Source: Clostridiales bacterium DTU032
Lineage (GTDB): Bacteria; Bacillota; Clostridia; Saccharofermentanales; DTU023
Assembly: GCA_001512745.1 (NCBI GenBank)
Contig: LFSM01000060.1
Span: forward strand, 4,493-68,492
Direction of reading: 5' to 3'
DNA: 64,000 nt
The notes under the pieces: model-generated
Told to the model about the DNA's origin: nothing
The model's input: the letters and a program-made list of their open reading frames with translations, nothing else
Databases searched by the model: none
Shown here: positions 1-9,090 of the stretch, in pieces
How the letters are laid out: every line of letters starts with the position of its first letter
How positions within the stretch are numbered: the first letter of the stretch is position 1
Translations under genes and position numbers: made by a program

Positions 1-265
1 CCACATGACCGTACACCATTTGTATGGGGCAACTTATTTATCGATGTTTGTGAAATTGCTTCTTCGTCTGGTTGGCATCGCCATATTGGGTACGATTTTC
101 GGATATTTCCTTGGGCGAACGCAGCTTTACTTAATACACAGAGCGGCGTATTTGAATGTCGCGGTGTTTGCCGGAATCTTTAACGCTATCTTTGTTTGTG
201 TGATTCAAACAATAAGCTTTTTCAGTTGGAAACAGAAGTACAGTGGGAAGGAGGGGCGTTACTGA
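1..265 (+). CDS. 3' fragment of an FtsX/DUF1430-like membrane permease (5' end outside the window)
   Basis: The frame is open to the window edge. The motif TVHHLYGA followed by hydrophobic helices recurs at the same relative position in the next ORF (ADYTVHHLYGAP), so the two are paralogs. Confidence 0.5.
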   Translation, partial: HMTVHHLYGATYLSMFVKLLLRLVGIAILGTIFGYFLGRTQLYLIHRAAYLNVAVFAGIFNAIFVCVIQTISFFSWKQKYSGKEGRY

Positions 266-266
266 T

Positions 267-1403
267 ATGGTAATAAAACAAATACTTAGGGATCTCCGGA
301 AAGAGTGGTCATGGGCATTCTTTTATGCCGTTGTCGCAACCATGATTGCTATGGCAATACTGTATCTTTCTGTAAGCTTCTCCTCGGTACAAAGACAATC
401 TGCAGCAATTCGATCTTTTGTTGATCAGAACGTAATCATGTTTCAATTGAAGACGGTGCAGATGGAAGCGAATCGGGAAGCTACTGTACTATCGAATGAG
501 TCGAAACAAGACCCTGTTGATATTATGGACTATTTGCAGCGCAATTTGTCCAAAGAAGGAAATGCAGGTAGCTTTGTGTTTGTAGGGAATGATGGATATT
601 TTGATTCTAAATACGAGCAAATACTGATCCTGTTTGGAAAATACAGTGACCTGTCAGGGTTGCACTATGATGGAAGCATGGCTCTATTTGTCCCCGAAGC
701 GCATAAAGAGGATGTAGGCAAGGAGTTCTTGATTTCGGGTCAAAACCTGAGAATTGCAGATAGTGCCGGGTCAAAATACAGTCTGTTCCACCCGCTGCAT
801 TTTATTGATTCTGACGACCTTATGCTGTCGAACACTTTAATCCTTTGCACGAGGGACTTCCAAACCGTAAACGGGATGTTCCCGTGGTGGGGATTGAGCA
901 GTGAAGTATTTGGGCGAATGGTGCTTGTAGATCCGTCCGACAAGGAAGTCGATCAGCTTCAAAGAATCTTCTACGAACATTCAGGAACGTTATATACAGG
1001 GATCTCTACAAAGGATTTTACTCAGGTTACAACATCGGCTTCTATTCGAGCACACCGGCTGTATATTTGGTTTTATATCCTGTCAGGTGTTCTGTTGCTG
1101 ATCCTTTTGATTTGCAATATTATTCGCGTTATTGAAACACATATTGCAGATTACACAGTACATCATCTTTACGGTGCACCAATTCGCACAATTCAGAAAA
1201 GAGTGGGCGGCTTTGTTCTTGCTCTAAATATGCTCCCTATCGTCGGGATAGTATTTGTGCTGTTTAGAAACGAAATGACCCTGTGGTACGTTTTGCCGCT
1301 GGGTATTGCTCTTGTTGCCGGTTTGTGCTTATTTGCCGCTATGTATGCAAGCAAGAGAATTGGTACGATGAACAACTTACAAAATCTAAGGAGAGATTAC
1401 TAA
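267..1403 (+). CDS. FtsX/DUF1430-like integral membrane permease (bacteriocin-associated ABC permease type)
   Basis: The ATG at 267 lies 1 nt after the TGA of the upstream paralog. The protein has an N-terminal TM helix, a ~250-aa soluble segment and a C-terminal TM bundle. Its stop overlaps the ATPase start (TAATG). The family name is from memory, not a search. Confidence 0.6.
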   Translation: MVIKQILRDLRKEWSWAFFYAVVATMIAMAILYLSVSFSSVQRQSAAIRSFVDQNVIMFQLKTVQMEANREATVLSNESKQDPVDIMDYLQRNLSKEGNAGSFVFVGNDGYFDSKYEQILILFGKYSDLSGLHYDGSMALFVPEAHKEDVGKEFLISGQNLRIADSAGSKYSLFHPLHFIDSDDLMLSNTLILCTRDFQTVNGMFPWWGLSSEVFGRMVLVDPSDKEVDQLQRIFYEHSGTLYTGISTKDFTQVTTSASIRAHRLYIWFYILSGVLLLILLICNIIRVIETHIADYTVHHLYGAPIRTIQKRVGGFVLALNMLPIVGIVFVLFRNEMTLWYVLPLGIALVAGLCLFAAMYASKRIGTMNNLQNLRRDY

Positions 1404-2089
1404 TGGAATTGTTATCCGTTCAAAATGTCAGCAAAAGTTTTAAGGATCACAGTTATACAGTTCATGCCGTCAATGATGTTTCTCTCGACATTCATCAGGG
1501 AGAAATGATTGCAATCATCGGCCCTTCAGGGAGCGGAAAAACCACCCTTTTGAATCTAATGGGAATCGTTATCTCTCCCGATTCCGGTGAAGTATATGTG
1601 GAAGGGCAAAAAGCTAGCGGGATGAATGATACTATGCGCTGCCGGATGCGCAATCAGTATTTCGGCTATATTGTGCAGGACTTCGCTTTGATCGAAGAAG
1701 ACACTGCCATGCAAAACATTCTTGTTCCAACATTATATAGCAAGCATAAAAAGAGTTCATCAGAGTATCGGAAGCTAATCTATAGCATGGCTGAAAAACT
1801 GCAGGTTTCCGATAAACTGAAAAGTACGGTTAAGAAGCTTTCCGGTGGCGAGAGACAACGAATAGCAATCATTCGTAGCATGGTTTGCGATCAGAAAATC
1901 ATACTGGCCGATGAACCGACCGGTTCGCTGGACAAGGATAATTCAACGATTGTAATGAAGTGCCTGCGCGAATTAGTCGACGATTTCAAAAAAACCGTGG
2001 TGATAGTTACCCACGATTTGGATGTTGCAAGACAATGTGACAGAACGTTTAATCTTACCGGTGGTGTTCTGACGCCCTGTAACCTGTAG
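1403..2089 (+). CDS. ABC transporter ATP-binding protein (MacB/LolD-like)
   Basis: Walker A GPSGSGKTT, signature LSGGERQR, Walker B ILADEPTGSLD and H-loop VTHD are all present. The start is coupled to the permease stop. Confidence 0.9.
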   Translation: MELLSVQNVSKSFKDHSYTVHAVNDVSLDIHQGEMIAIIGPSGSGKTTLLNLMGIVISPDSGEVYVEGQKASGMNDTMRCRMRNQYFGYIVQDFALIEEDTAMQNILVPTLYSKHKKSSSEYRKLIYSMAEKLQVSDKLKSTVKKLSGGERQRIAIIRSMVCDQKIILADEPTGSLDKDNSTIVMKCLRELVDDFKKTVVIVTHDLDVARQCDRTFNLTGGVLTPCNL

Positions 2090-2110
2090 TGCAACCAACG
2101 GCGTCATTCA

Positions 2111-2359
2111 ATGAATGATAGAAAAATACAACATAAAGAAAGCTTTATGCAGGCACTGCAAGATTTGCACTTTGGGGAATGGAAATCACAGTATGTCAAC
2201 CTCGGGGTTCTAGATGGTACACAGTGGAGTCTGGAACTTCATTTTTCGAATGGACAAAGGACTGTTAGCTTTAGTGGTTCCAATTCCTATCCTTATATTT
2301 TTGACGACTTTTGTAGCCTGATTGGCGAAAGAAGCGATGAAGAAACAGCGGATGAATAA
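2111..2359 (+). CDS. hypothetical 82-aa protein
   Basis: The ORF has no recognisable motif. Its stop overlaps the ATG of the next gene (ATGAATAA). Confidence 0.4.
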   Translation: MNDRKIQHKESFMQALQDLHFGEWKSQYVNLGVLDGTQWSLELHFSNGQRTVSFSGSNSYPYIFDDFCSLIGERSDEETADE

Positions 2360-2993
2360 CTCTCTATCTGAAATATATCAAGCGCTGTTTTTACATTACG
2401 GTGACCTCCAATGGTGGCCGGCAAAGACACCTTATGAAGTGATGGTCGGAGCTATTCTCACGCAAAATACGGCATGGACGAATGTAGAAAAGGCCATCGG
2501 ACAATTCGAGGACGACCTGACGCCGGAACGCATTCATCATCTGCCATTGGAGAAGCTTCAAGACCTCATCCGCCCGTCAGGCTTCTATAAACAAAAATCG
2601 CAGTATCTTAAAGTCTTAACCGAGTGGTTCATGAGCTACGACTGCGATGTGAAACGGATTCAAAATCTTCCTTTAAGCGATGTCCGTAAGGAGCTGTTAG
2701 GTGTTCACGGCGTGGGCAACGAGACGGCAGATTCCATTCTGCTCTATGCCTTCCATTTTCCGACCTTTGTCGTCGATGCTTATACCATGCGGCTTTTCAA
2801 ACGTTATCCACTTGATGCGGGAAAGACCTATGTTCAAGTGAAGAAATTTATCGAGAGCAGGATACCCGCCGATGTGCTTGTCTATAATCGCTTTCATGCG
2901 CTGATCGTTCAGAACGGCAAAGAACACTGCAAAAAGAAAGCACTCTGTGAAGGCTGCCCTCTGGAAGGCTCCTGCAAAAAGTGCTTTGATTAA
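2352..2993 (+). CDS. Endonuclease III-related HhH-GPD protein (COG2231-like) with a C-terminal Fe-S Cys cluster
   Basis: Motifs WWPA, ILTQNTAW, the HhH region LLGVHGVGNETADSILLYAF and the terminal CKKKALCEGCPLEGSC are present. The start could also be 2322 or 2337 in the same frame. Confidence 0.8.
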   Translation: MNNSLSEIYQALFLHYGDLQWWPAKTPYEVMVGAILTQNTAWTNVEKAIGQFEDDLTPERIHHLPLEKLQDLIRPSGFYKQKSQYLKVLTEWFMSYDCDVKRIQNLPLSDVRKELLGVHGVGNETADSILLYAFHFPTFVVDAYTMRLFKRYPLDAGKTYVQVKKFIESRIPADVLVYNRFHALIVQNGKEHCKKKALCEGCPLEGSCKKCFD

Positions 2994-5187
2994 AGCTCCA
3001 TGCCATTCTTGAATACAAAAGTAATCTTGCCATCCCTTGCTACTACAGCATGATCCAGCAGGCTGTGCCAGAGCATGGGGCTGAATTCTTTAATCTCGCC
3101 TTCGGATAGCAGAGTTTTGACAAATTGCTCTGCGCCGAGGAGACGGGATTTTTTGTCCTCAATCCAGGCGGTAAGCTGATCGTATTTTTCTTTGACCGAG
3201 TTAAAACGGTCTGTCATCTCATTGAAGTGTCTGTTGTATTCTTCCTGATCGAGCGCCACTCGGGCATTTTCGCTGATGGTATCTTCCATGCGTTTGGAGA
3301 TGGATTCAAGTTCAACGTAGAGCTTGTCCCGCTCGATTTCCAAATCCGTCGTATCATAGGCGATTCTTTTGATTTCCTCGAAGTCTTCCTTAATCTGCTC
3401 CCGATTAAATACCAGTTGACTCACCGTGTGCATGAAAGCCTTTTCGATTTCTTCCTCCGTGAAATGAGATGTCTGGCACTTGTTTTTAAATTTGCTGTTG
3501 CACTGAAGGACGGTGCGGCGGTACTTCTCGCTTTTGGAATGCCAGAGTTTAGGTCCATACCAGTCTCTGCAGTCACCGCACTGGATTTTGCCGGAGAAGA
3601 TGGAAACGCTGCTGGCCGGGCGTCGACCTTTGCTCACCTGGTCGAGCATGACCTGAACATACTCTCGTCAAAGGCATCAAGCTCCAGGACTTCACGGGTG
3701 AGTTCTCTCAGCGTGGATTCCTTGATGGAGTTGCAGGGACACTGGGCAGACGGCGTTCGGCAGAGCAGGTAATACTCAATTTGTCCCGTGCTGTAGGTGC
3801 GCTTTTGTGCGGCAAAAGTATTGCCGCAGTTTCCGCAGCGGATCATGCCCGTAAAGGGTGTAGAAGCATTTTTGAGCGGTCGCTTGTGCTTGTTTCGCCG
3901 TTCCTGGCTGACCTTTTTCCTGCGTTCCGGAGTCCAGCAGTCCTTTCTGGCAGTGGATTCATAGGTGCGTCGGATGATCGTACCGTCCGTCATGAAAAAC
4001 TCAAGCTGATCTTTTCCCGTGACTTCGATGCGGTCTACCCGCTCCAGAAATAGCTCATCGTCAAACTCGTCAATGCCAAGTACCTCGCAGATCATCTTTT
4101 TAAACTGGTCTTCATGCAGGTCACCCGTGCCGCAGGGGTTGCCCTGGCCTGCCTTGCGGGTGGCGCACATCCAGCCGTGGTATTTTCCGGATTTGAGGTT
4201 TTTGCTTGACCTTTGAAAACTGCGCTGGCAATGCCTGCAGCGAATCATGGAGGTCAGTGCAGAGGTTTTGATGCGGGGGTTGGCAAAAGCCCCCAGCGTC
4301 CTCTTGTGACTCCTCAGCTCCTGCGCCTTTTGAAACGTCTCCTCGCTGATAATGGCGGGATGGGTGTTTTCGGCATAATACTGGGGTAGCTCGCCCTTGT
4401 TATACTTGGTCTTGCCGCTGCCGAAGGTGTCGATGTAGGTTTTCTGGAATAGGGTATTCCCGGTGTAGCGTTCCTGCTTCAGGATGGCACGTATGGCACT
4501 GTTGCTGAAGTGACCTCCCGTATAGGACTTGACGCCCATTGCTTCGAGCTGCTTTTCGGTCTTTTCTGCGGAGATGCCATTCAGGTAGTTATCGAAGATA
4601 AGCCGGACAACCTCAGCTTCTTCCTCGACAATCACAAATTCCGACCCTGTCCAGCGGTAGCCGTAGATGTGAAAGGAATTGCCGATGCCCCGCTGAAAGT
4701 TCTTGCGAATGCCCCATTTGACGTTGTCAGAGATGGACCGGCTTTCCTCTTGTGCGAAAGAGGCCAGGAGCGAGAGCATCAGCTCGCCGTCTTCAGTCAG
4801 GGAGTTGATTTTCTCTTTCTCAAAACGGACTTCAATGCCTAGGCCTTTCAGCTCTCTGACCGTCGCCAAAAGGTCAACGGTGTTTCTGGCAAAACGGGAT
4901 ATGGACTTGGTCAGGATGATGTCGATCTTGCCGTCTCTGGCATCGGAGAGCAGACGCTGAAACTCGGGTCTGTCCGCACTGGTGCCTGAAACCGCCTTGT
5001 CGGCATAAACCCCGGCATACTCCCACTCGGAGTTGTTTTGGATCAGCTTGCTGTAGTGGCTGATCTGTGCAGAGAGGGAGTGCTGGGTTCTGCCTTTCTC
5101 GATGGAGATCCTGGCATAGGCCGCCGTGCGTTTTCGCCTGGGCGGCTCATCGATAGGAGTCTCGATTTTTTGTATTATTTTCGTCAT
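2990..5187 (-). pseudogene. TnpX-like large serine recombinase, split into 517-aa and 219-aa ORFs by a 1-nt frameshift near 3637-3668
   Basis: The N-terminal resolvase domain reads AAYARISIEK..SLSAQ..., followed by a recombinase domain and three successive CxxC zinc-ribbon modules (IRCRHCQ, IRCGNCGN, IQCGDCRD). The third module and the coiled-coil tail are in the other frame. The two ORFs overlap by 16 nt. An RBS GGGAGGA precedes the ATG at 5187. Confidence 0.8.
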
Positions 5188-5447
5188 GATGATTCCTCCC
5201 ACGTCTATACATCACTCAAACCGCTGCTAATAGCAAGTCAAAAGATGGCCAATAACCGGTCTTAGTTTTTGTTCATAGTGAAGGCTGAGATGGTTTACGT
5301 TTGATTTTCTTAAAAATCTTCTTTTCTTTGGATAGGATAACTTCCAATCATCAAATTTTTAATCCGTGATTTCTCCATTAGCATGCTAAAAGTCATTGCT
5401 TTTGTAATTATAAATGGCGAGAAGCTCCTGCTCCCCGCCATTTAATG

Positions 5448-5819
5448 TTATTTGTAGATTAGTTCACTAAATATAATTTCTTCTGCTTGATTTTTAATAT
5501 TGTTTATCAATCGCACCCATTGTATTTGGTCTTTTACTTTTAGCGATTCGGTTACGCCTTGTTTAATTGCAATTTGTTTAGTTATATTCTTTAATTTTGC
5601 AAGAGCGGTTTGCTCAATTTCGTAAAGATATTCATTTAGCTTTCCTGACACTAAAAGATTATTGTAAACTATTCGTTTATGTTGCTCTAAATACGCTTTG
5701 TGCATCATGGCGTATTTACATAGGGACAACTCTGTTTCAGTTAATAAAACTAAGTCTGGGACAAGATAACCGTTCTGCGTTGTATATGTTCCATCGGATT
5801 GTTCGAATATCGTTTTCAT
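5448..5819 (-). CDS. tnpV: TnpV-family transposon-associated protein
   Basis: The 123-aa protein MKTIFEQSDGTYTTQNGYLVPDL...AEEIIFSELIYK closely resembles remembered TnpV sequences of Tn4451-type elements. It is much more AT-rich than its surroundings and sits next to the serine recombinase. Confidence 0.7.
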   Translation of the reverse strand: MKTIFEQSDGTYTTQNGYLVPDLVLLTETELSLCKYAMMHKAYLEQHKRIVYNNLLVSGKLNEYLYEIEQTALAKLKNITKQIAIKQGVTESLKVKDQIQWVRLINNIKNQAEEIIFSELIYK

Positions 5820-5958
5820 AGTGGATCTTTCCTTATAATTATTATTACTACAAATAATCATATCCAACTGTCTTAACAAAGTTTAAGGGACACTTCTTTA
5901 TGTGAAGTGTCCCTCAACCGGTCTTTTTTATACGCTGTTATTATCAATCGGGCTTAGT

Positions 5959-6540
5959 TTACTTGATGAGTGTAAGCTTGCCGATGACAGGCAGTGGTTT
6001 GGCTTTTCCCTGCAGGGCATTCACTATACCGAGGATACCCAATGCGGCCACTCCAATATAAAAGATTGAATTGAGAATGGTACTGATGAAGACCAGACGC
6101 CAGCTGATGGCTAAGAAAATAGCAGAGAGTATTCCGATCACAATGCCACCTGCAATTGATGTCAGCAAGAGTAAAAGTCCCTGATTGGCGTGAAATTTAC
6201 CATATCTTGTTACCGGTTGTACTACCAAAGGCAGGAAAAAAAGTATACCCAGATAAGCAAGAGCGGAAATAACCTTGCTTTGCTCGATTTCTTCTGCTGA
6301 ATAAGCTCCTGTTTGACCAGGCCCTTGTTGCTGATACTGCTGCTGATATTGTGGCGGCTGCTGATACTGCTGCTGCTGGTATTGTGGCGGCTGTTGATAC
6401 TGTTGCTGCTGCTGATATTGTGGCGGCTGTTGGTACTGCGGCTGCTGATATTGTTCTTGCGGCTGGTGTTGTTGCTGTTGCGGCTGATACTGTTCCGGCG
6501 GCTGCTGTTGCTGTTCTTGGTTGGGATCATAGTTTGCCAT
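5959..6540 (-). CDS. Membrane protein with a Q/P/Y-rich repetitive N-terminus and a DUF4870/Tic20-like C-terminal TM domain
   Basis: The ATG at 6540 follows an RBS AGAGGTG. About 75 N-terminal residues are QYQQPP-type repeats. The C-terminus reads LAYLGILFFLPLV...KFHANQGLLLL with 3-4 TM helices. Confidence 0.75.
   Translation of the reverse strand: MANYDPNQEQQQQPPEQYQPQQQQHQPQEQYQQPQYQQPPQYQQQQQYQQPPQYQQQQYQQPPQYQQQYQQQGPGQTGAYSAEEIEQSKVISALAYLGILFFLPLVVQPVTRYGKFHANQGLLLLLTSIAGGIVIGILSAIFLAISWRLVFISTILNSIFYIGVAALGILGIVNALQGKAKPLPVIGKLTLIK
6331..6465. repeat. Imperfect in-frame tandem repeat, unit 30-36 bp, about 4 copies (degenerate copies extend to ~6520)
   Basis: The units ctgatactgctgctgatattgtggcggctg, ctgatactgctgctgctggtattgtggcggctg and ttgatactgttgctgctgctgatattgtggcggctg were read directly. 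Confidence 0.85.
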
Positions 6541-6800
6541 GTTCAACACCTCTTTTCCGGTGAATTAACGTCTGACAATCTGTGTCGATGATTACGACGT
6601 TGGCTTATGATTATTTCTAAGTGTTTTTAACTTTAGCAGGAATAGCGATAAATATCAAGATTTGTTACAAAGGATAAAGATCGATATTTTCAAACAAAAA
6701 GATTGCCGCTTAAGGCGCAGTCTTTATGGAACAGATTGAACTGTGATAGAATAATCTCGCACCGTTGAGGTGTTTCAATCCATCTATTAGGAGGCCTCAC

Positions 6801-7601
6801 TTGGAAAAATTAAAGCTTTACGGTTTCAATAACCTGACCAAAACACTCAGCTTTAACATTTATGATGTTTGCTATACCAGCAGTGAGCGCGAACAGCGTG
6901 AATATATTGAATATATTGATGAACAATATAACTCAGAGCGCCTGACCGGAATTCTCTGTCAGGTAACAGATCTGATCGGTGCTCATATTTTAAATATTTC
7001 GAAACAGGACTATGACCCCCAGGGTGCGTCGGTAAACTTCCTGATTGCTGACCAGACACTGGGTAATACTGAGATCGACAGCACCAATAACCGTGGTATT
7101 GATCCGGCGACGGGGGAGACGATTCATGCTCATCTGGACAAGAGTCATGTGACTGTCCATACCTTTCCTGAGTCGCATCCAAACGCAGCAATATCAACCT
7201 TCAGGGTCGATATTGATGTGCAGACATGTGGCACAGTTTCGCCTTTGTCTACACTGGATTATCTGATTTCGAGTTTTGATTCCGACATCATTACGATTGA
7301 TTACCGGGTGCGGGGCTTTACACGTGATACTGAAGGCAAAAAACATTACATGGATCATCCGATCACATCGATCCAGGATTATATTGATGACAGTACTCTT
7401 GACACTTATGATGCAGTTGATTTGAATATCTATCAGTCGAATCTATTTCACACACGTTTGCTTTTAAAAGAACTTGAATTGCAGAACTATCTTTTTAATA
7501 TTGATATAAAAGAGTTAAGCTCACGTCAGCGTCTCGAGATCAGAGAAGCCTTGCAGCGTGAAATGATTGAGATCTTCAGCGGCACAAATATCTATGAATA
7601 A
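6801..7601 (+). CDS. speD: S-adenosylmethionine decarboxylase proenzyme, long E. coli-type
   Basis: LEKLKLYGFNNLTKTLSFNIYD and the self-processing site HAHLDKSHVTVHTFPE match E. coli SpeD (cleavage at K-S). A TTG start at 6801 lies 5 nt after the RBS AGGAGG. Confidence 0.9.
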   Translation: MEKLKLYGFNNLTKTLSFNIYDVCYTSSEREQREYIEYIDEQYNSERLTGILCQVTDLIGAHILNISKQDYDPQGASVNFLIADQTLGNTEIDSTNNRGIDPATGETIHAHLDKSHVTVHTFPESHPNAAISTFRVDIDVQTCGTVSPLSTLDYLISSFDSDIITIDYRVRGFTRDTEGKKHYMDHPITSIQDYIDDSTLDTYDAVDLNIYQSNLFHTRLLLKELELQNYLFNIDIKELSSRQRLEIREALQREMIEIFSGTNIYE

Positions 7602-9072
7602 GAAAGACGCCATCCCTTCTAAACGGCCGGACCAAAACAAGGCACCGCTGCTTCAGGCTTTAACTGAATATCGCAAAATGCGCATGGTTTCTTTTGACGT
7701 GCCAGGACATAAGCAGGGGAGAGGCAACGAAGAACTTACGCATTTTCTGGGAAAGGACTGCCTTTCCGTAGATGTCAACTCCATGAAAATGCTGGATAAC
7801 CTGATCCATCCGACCGGTGTTATCCTGGAGGCGGAAGAGTTAGCGGCAGATGCCTTCGGAGCTGATAAATGCTTCTTCATGGTCAATGGTACCACTTCGG
7901 CAGTCCAGGCCATGATCATGTCAAGCTGTCTGCCGGGAGATAAAATCATCATGCCGCGCAATGTTCATCGCAGTGCGGTCAATGCTCTGGTTCTGACCCG
8001 TGCTCTGCCTGTTTATGTAAATCCATCGCTGGATCTGGAACTGGGGATACCTTTGGGTATGAGCGTAGATGATGTGCGCCGGGCCATTGCAGGGAATCCG
8101 GATGCCAAAGCTATTTTTCTGAACAATCCTACCTATTATGGAGTTTGCCCCAATCTAAGGGAAATCGTCCGTCTGGCCCATGATGCCGGAATGAGGGTTC
8201 TGGTGGATGAAGCGCATGGAAGCCACTTTTATTTCTCTGACGAGCTGCCTGTTTCAGCTATGGAAGCAGGAGCTGATATGGCGGCTGTATCTTTGCATAA
8301 GACGGGTGGCTCTCTGACACAAAGTTCCTTGCTGCTTCTGGGCCCCAAAATGAGGGAAGAGCTTGGTTATGTACATCAGATCATTAATCTGACGCAGACG
8401 ACGAGTGCTTCTTATTTGCTCCTGTCCTCTTTGGACATAACCCGGCGCAATCTGGCTTTGCGCGGCAGGGAGACCTATAAGCGGGTGATTGATTATGCGG
8501 ATTATGCGCGCTGCGAGATCAACGAACTGGAGGGATATTACGCTTTCGGAAAGGAACGCTGTGATGGTGATGCTTTTTATGCCTTTGATTCCTGTAAGCT
8601 GCCAGTGCATACCCGTGCTATGGGACTCAGCGGTTTCGAGGTTTATGACATCCTGCGGGATGACTATAATATTCAGGTTGAGTTTGGTGATATGGGGAAT
8701 TTCCTGGCCATACTTTCGGTTGGCGACCGGCCGGTCGCCATCGAGCGTCTGATTGCAGCACTGAGTGATATAAATAGCCGCTTTGCCTCGCTGCCGGGGG
8801 GCATGCTGGTGAGTGAATATATCGAGCCGGTACTGGCTATGGTGCCGACAGAAGCGTTTTATGCTGATTATATACGTATGCCGTTAGAAGAATGTAAAGG
8901 CAGAATCTCTACAGAATCGATCATGTGCTATCCGCCGGGTATTCCGATTCTGGCTCCCGGTGAACTGGTTACGGATGAGGTTTTATCTTATATAAGACAG
9001 GCAAAAGACCATGGCAGCCAAATGACAGGAACTGAGGATCCGGCAGTTGAACAGCTTTGTGTAGTGAAATAG
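7594..9072 (+). CDS. speA: PLP-dependent Orn/Lys/Arg decarboxylase (Bacillus SpeA-type arginine decarboxylase)
   Basis: The motifs FDVPGHKQG and SLHKTGGS (PLP lysine) are present. The ATG overlaps the speD stop (ATGAATAA). Confidence 0.85.
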   Translation: MNKKDAIPSKRPDQNKAPLLQALTEYRKMRMVSFDVPGHKQGRGNEELTHFLGKDCLSVDVNSMKMLDNLIHPTGVILEAEELAADAFGADKCFFMVNGTTSAVQAMIMSSCLPGDKIIMPRNVHRSAVNALVLTRALPVYVNPSLDLELGIPLGMSVDDVRRAIAGNPDAKAIFLNNPTYYGVCPNLREIVRLAHDAGMRVLVDEAHGSHFYFSDELPVSAMEAGADMAAVSLHKTGGSLTQSSLLLLGPKMREELGYVHQIINLTQTTSASYLLLSSLDITRRNLALRGRETYKRVIDYADYARCEINELEGYYAFGKERCDGDAFYAFDSCKLPVHTRAMGLSGFEVYDILRDDYNIQVEFGDMGNFLAILSVGDRPVAIERLIAALSDINSRFASLPGGMLVSEYIEPVLAMVPTEAFYADYIRMPLEECKGRISTESIMCYPPGIPILAPGELVTDEVLSYIRQAKDHGSQMTGTEDPAVEQLCVVK

Positions 9073-9090
9073 CTTTAAGGGAGAAGTCAG

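Larger units (their letters stand above)
2990..5819 (-). mobile_element. Small Tn4451-family-like remnant (tnpV plus a frameshifted tnpX-like recombinase); ends not identifiable
   Basis: The gene pair is typical of serine-recombinase transposons. No cargo genes are recognisable and no terminal repeats were found by eye. Confidence 0.5.

Noticed and set aside
3125-3772. 215-aa plus-strand ORF inside the recombinase locus
   Set aside because: It lies entirely antisense to the serine recombinase coding sequence. It has no RBS or motif and its composition is typical of a shadow ORF.
2990-6549. Complete prophage, ICE or integrative mobilisable element
   Set aside because: Only a recombinase pseudogene and tnpV are present. 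There are no relaxase, conjugation, phage structural or resistance cargo genes, and no identifiable att or terminal repeats.
6222-6591. Several alternative-frame ORFs (Leu-rich, Ala-rich, Ser/Asn-rich) across the tandem repeat
   Set aside because: These are artefacts of the CAG/CTG-rich repeat being open in many frames. Only the minus-strand Q/P/Y frame has an RBS and continues into a credible TM domain.
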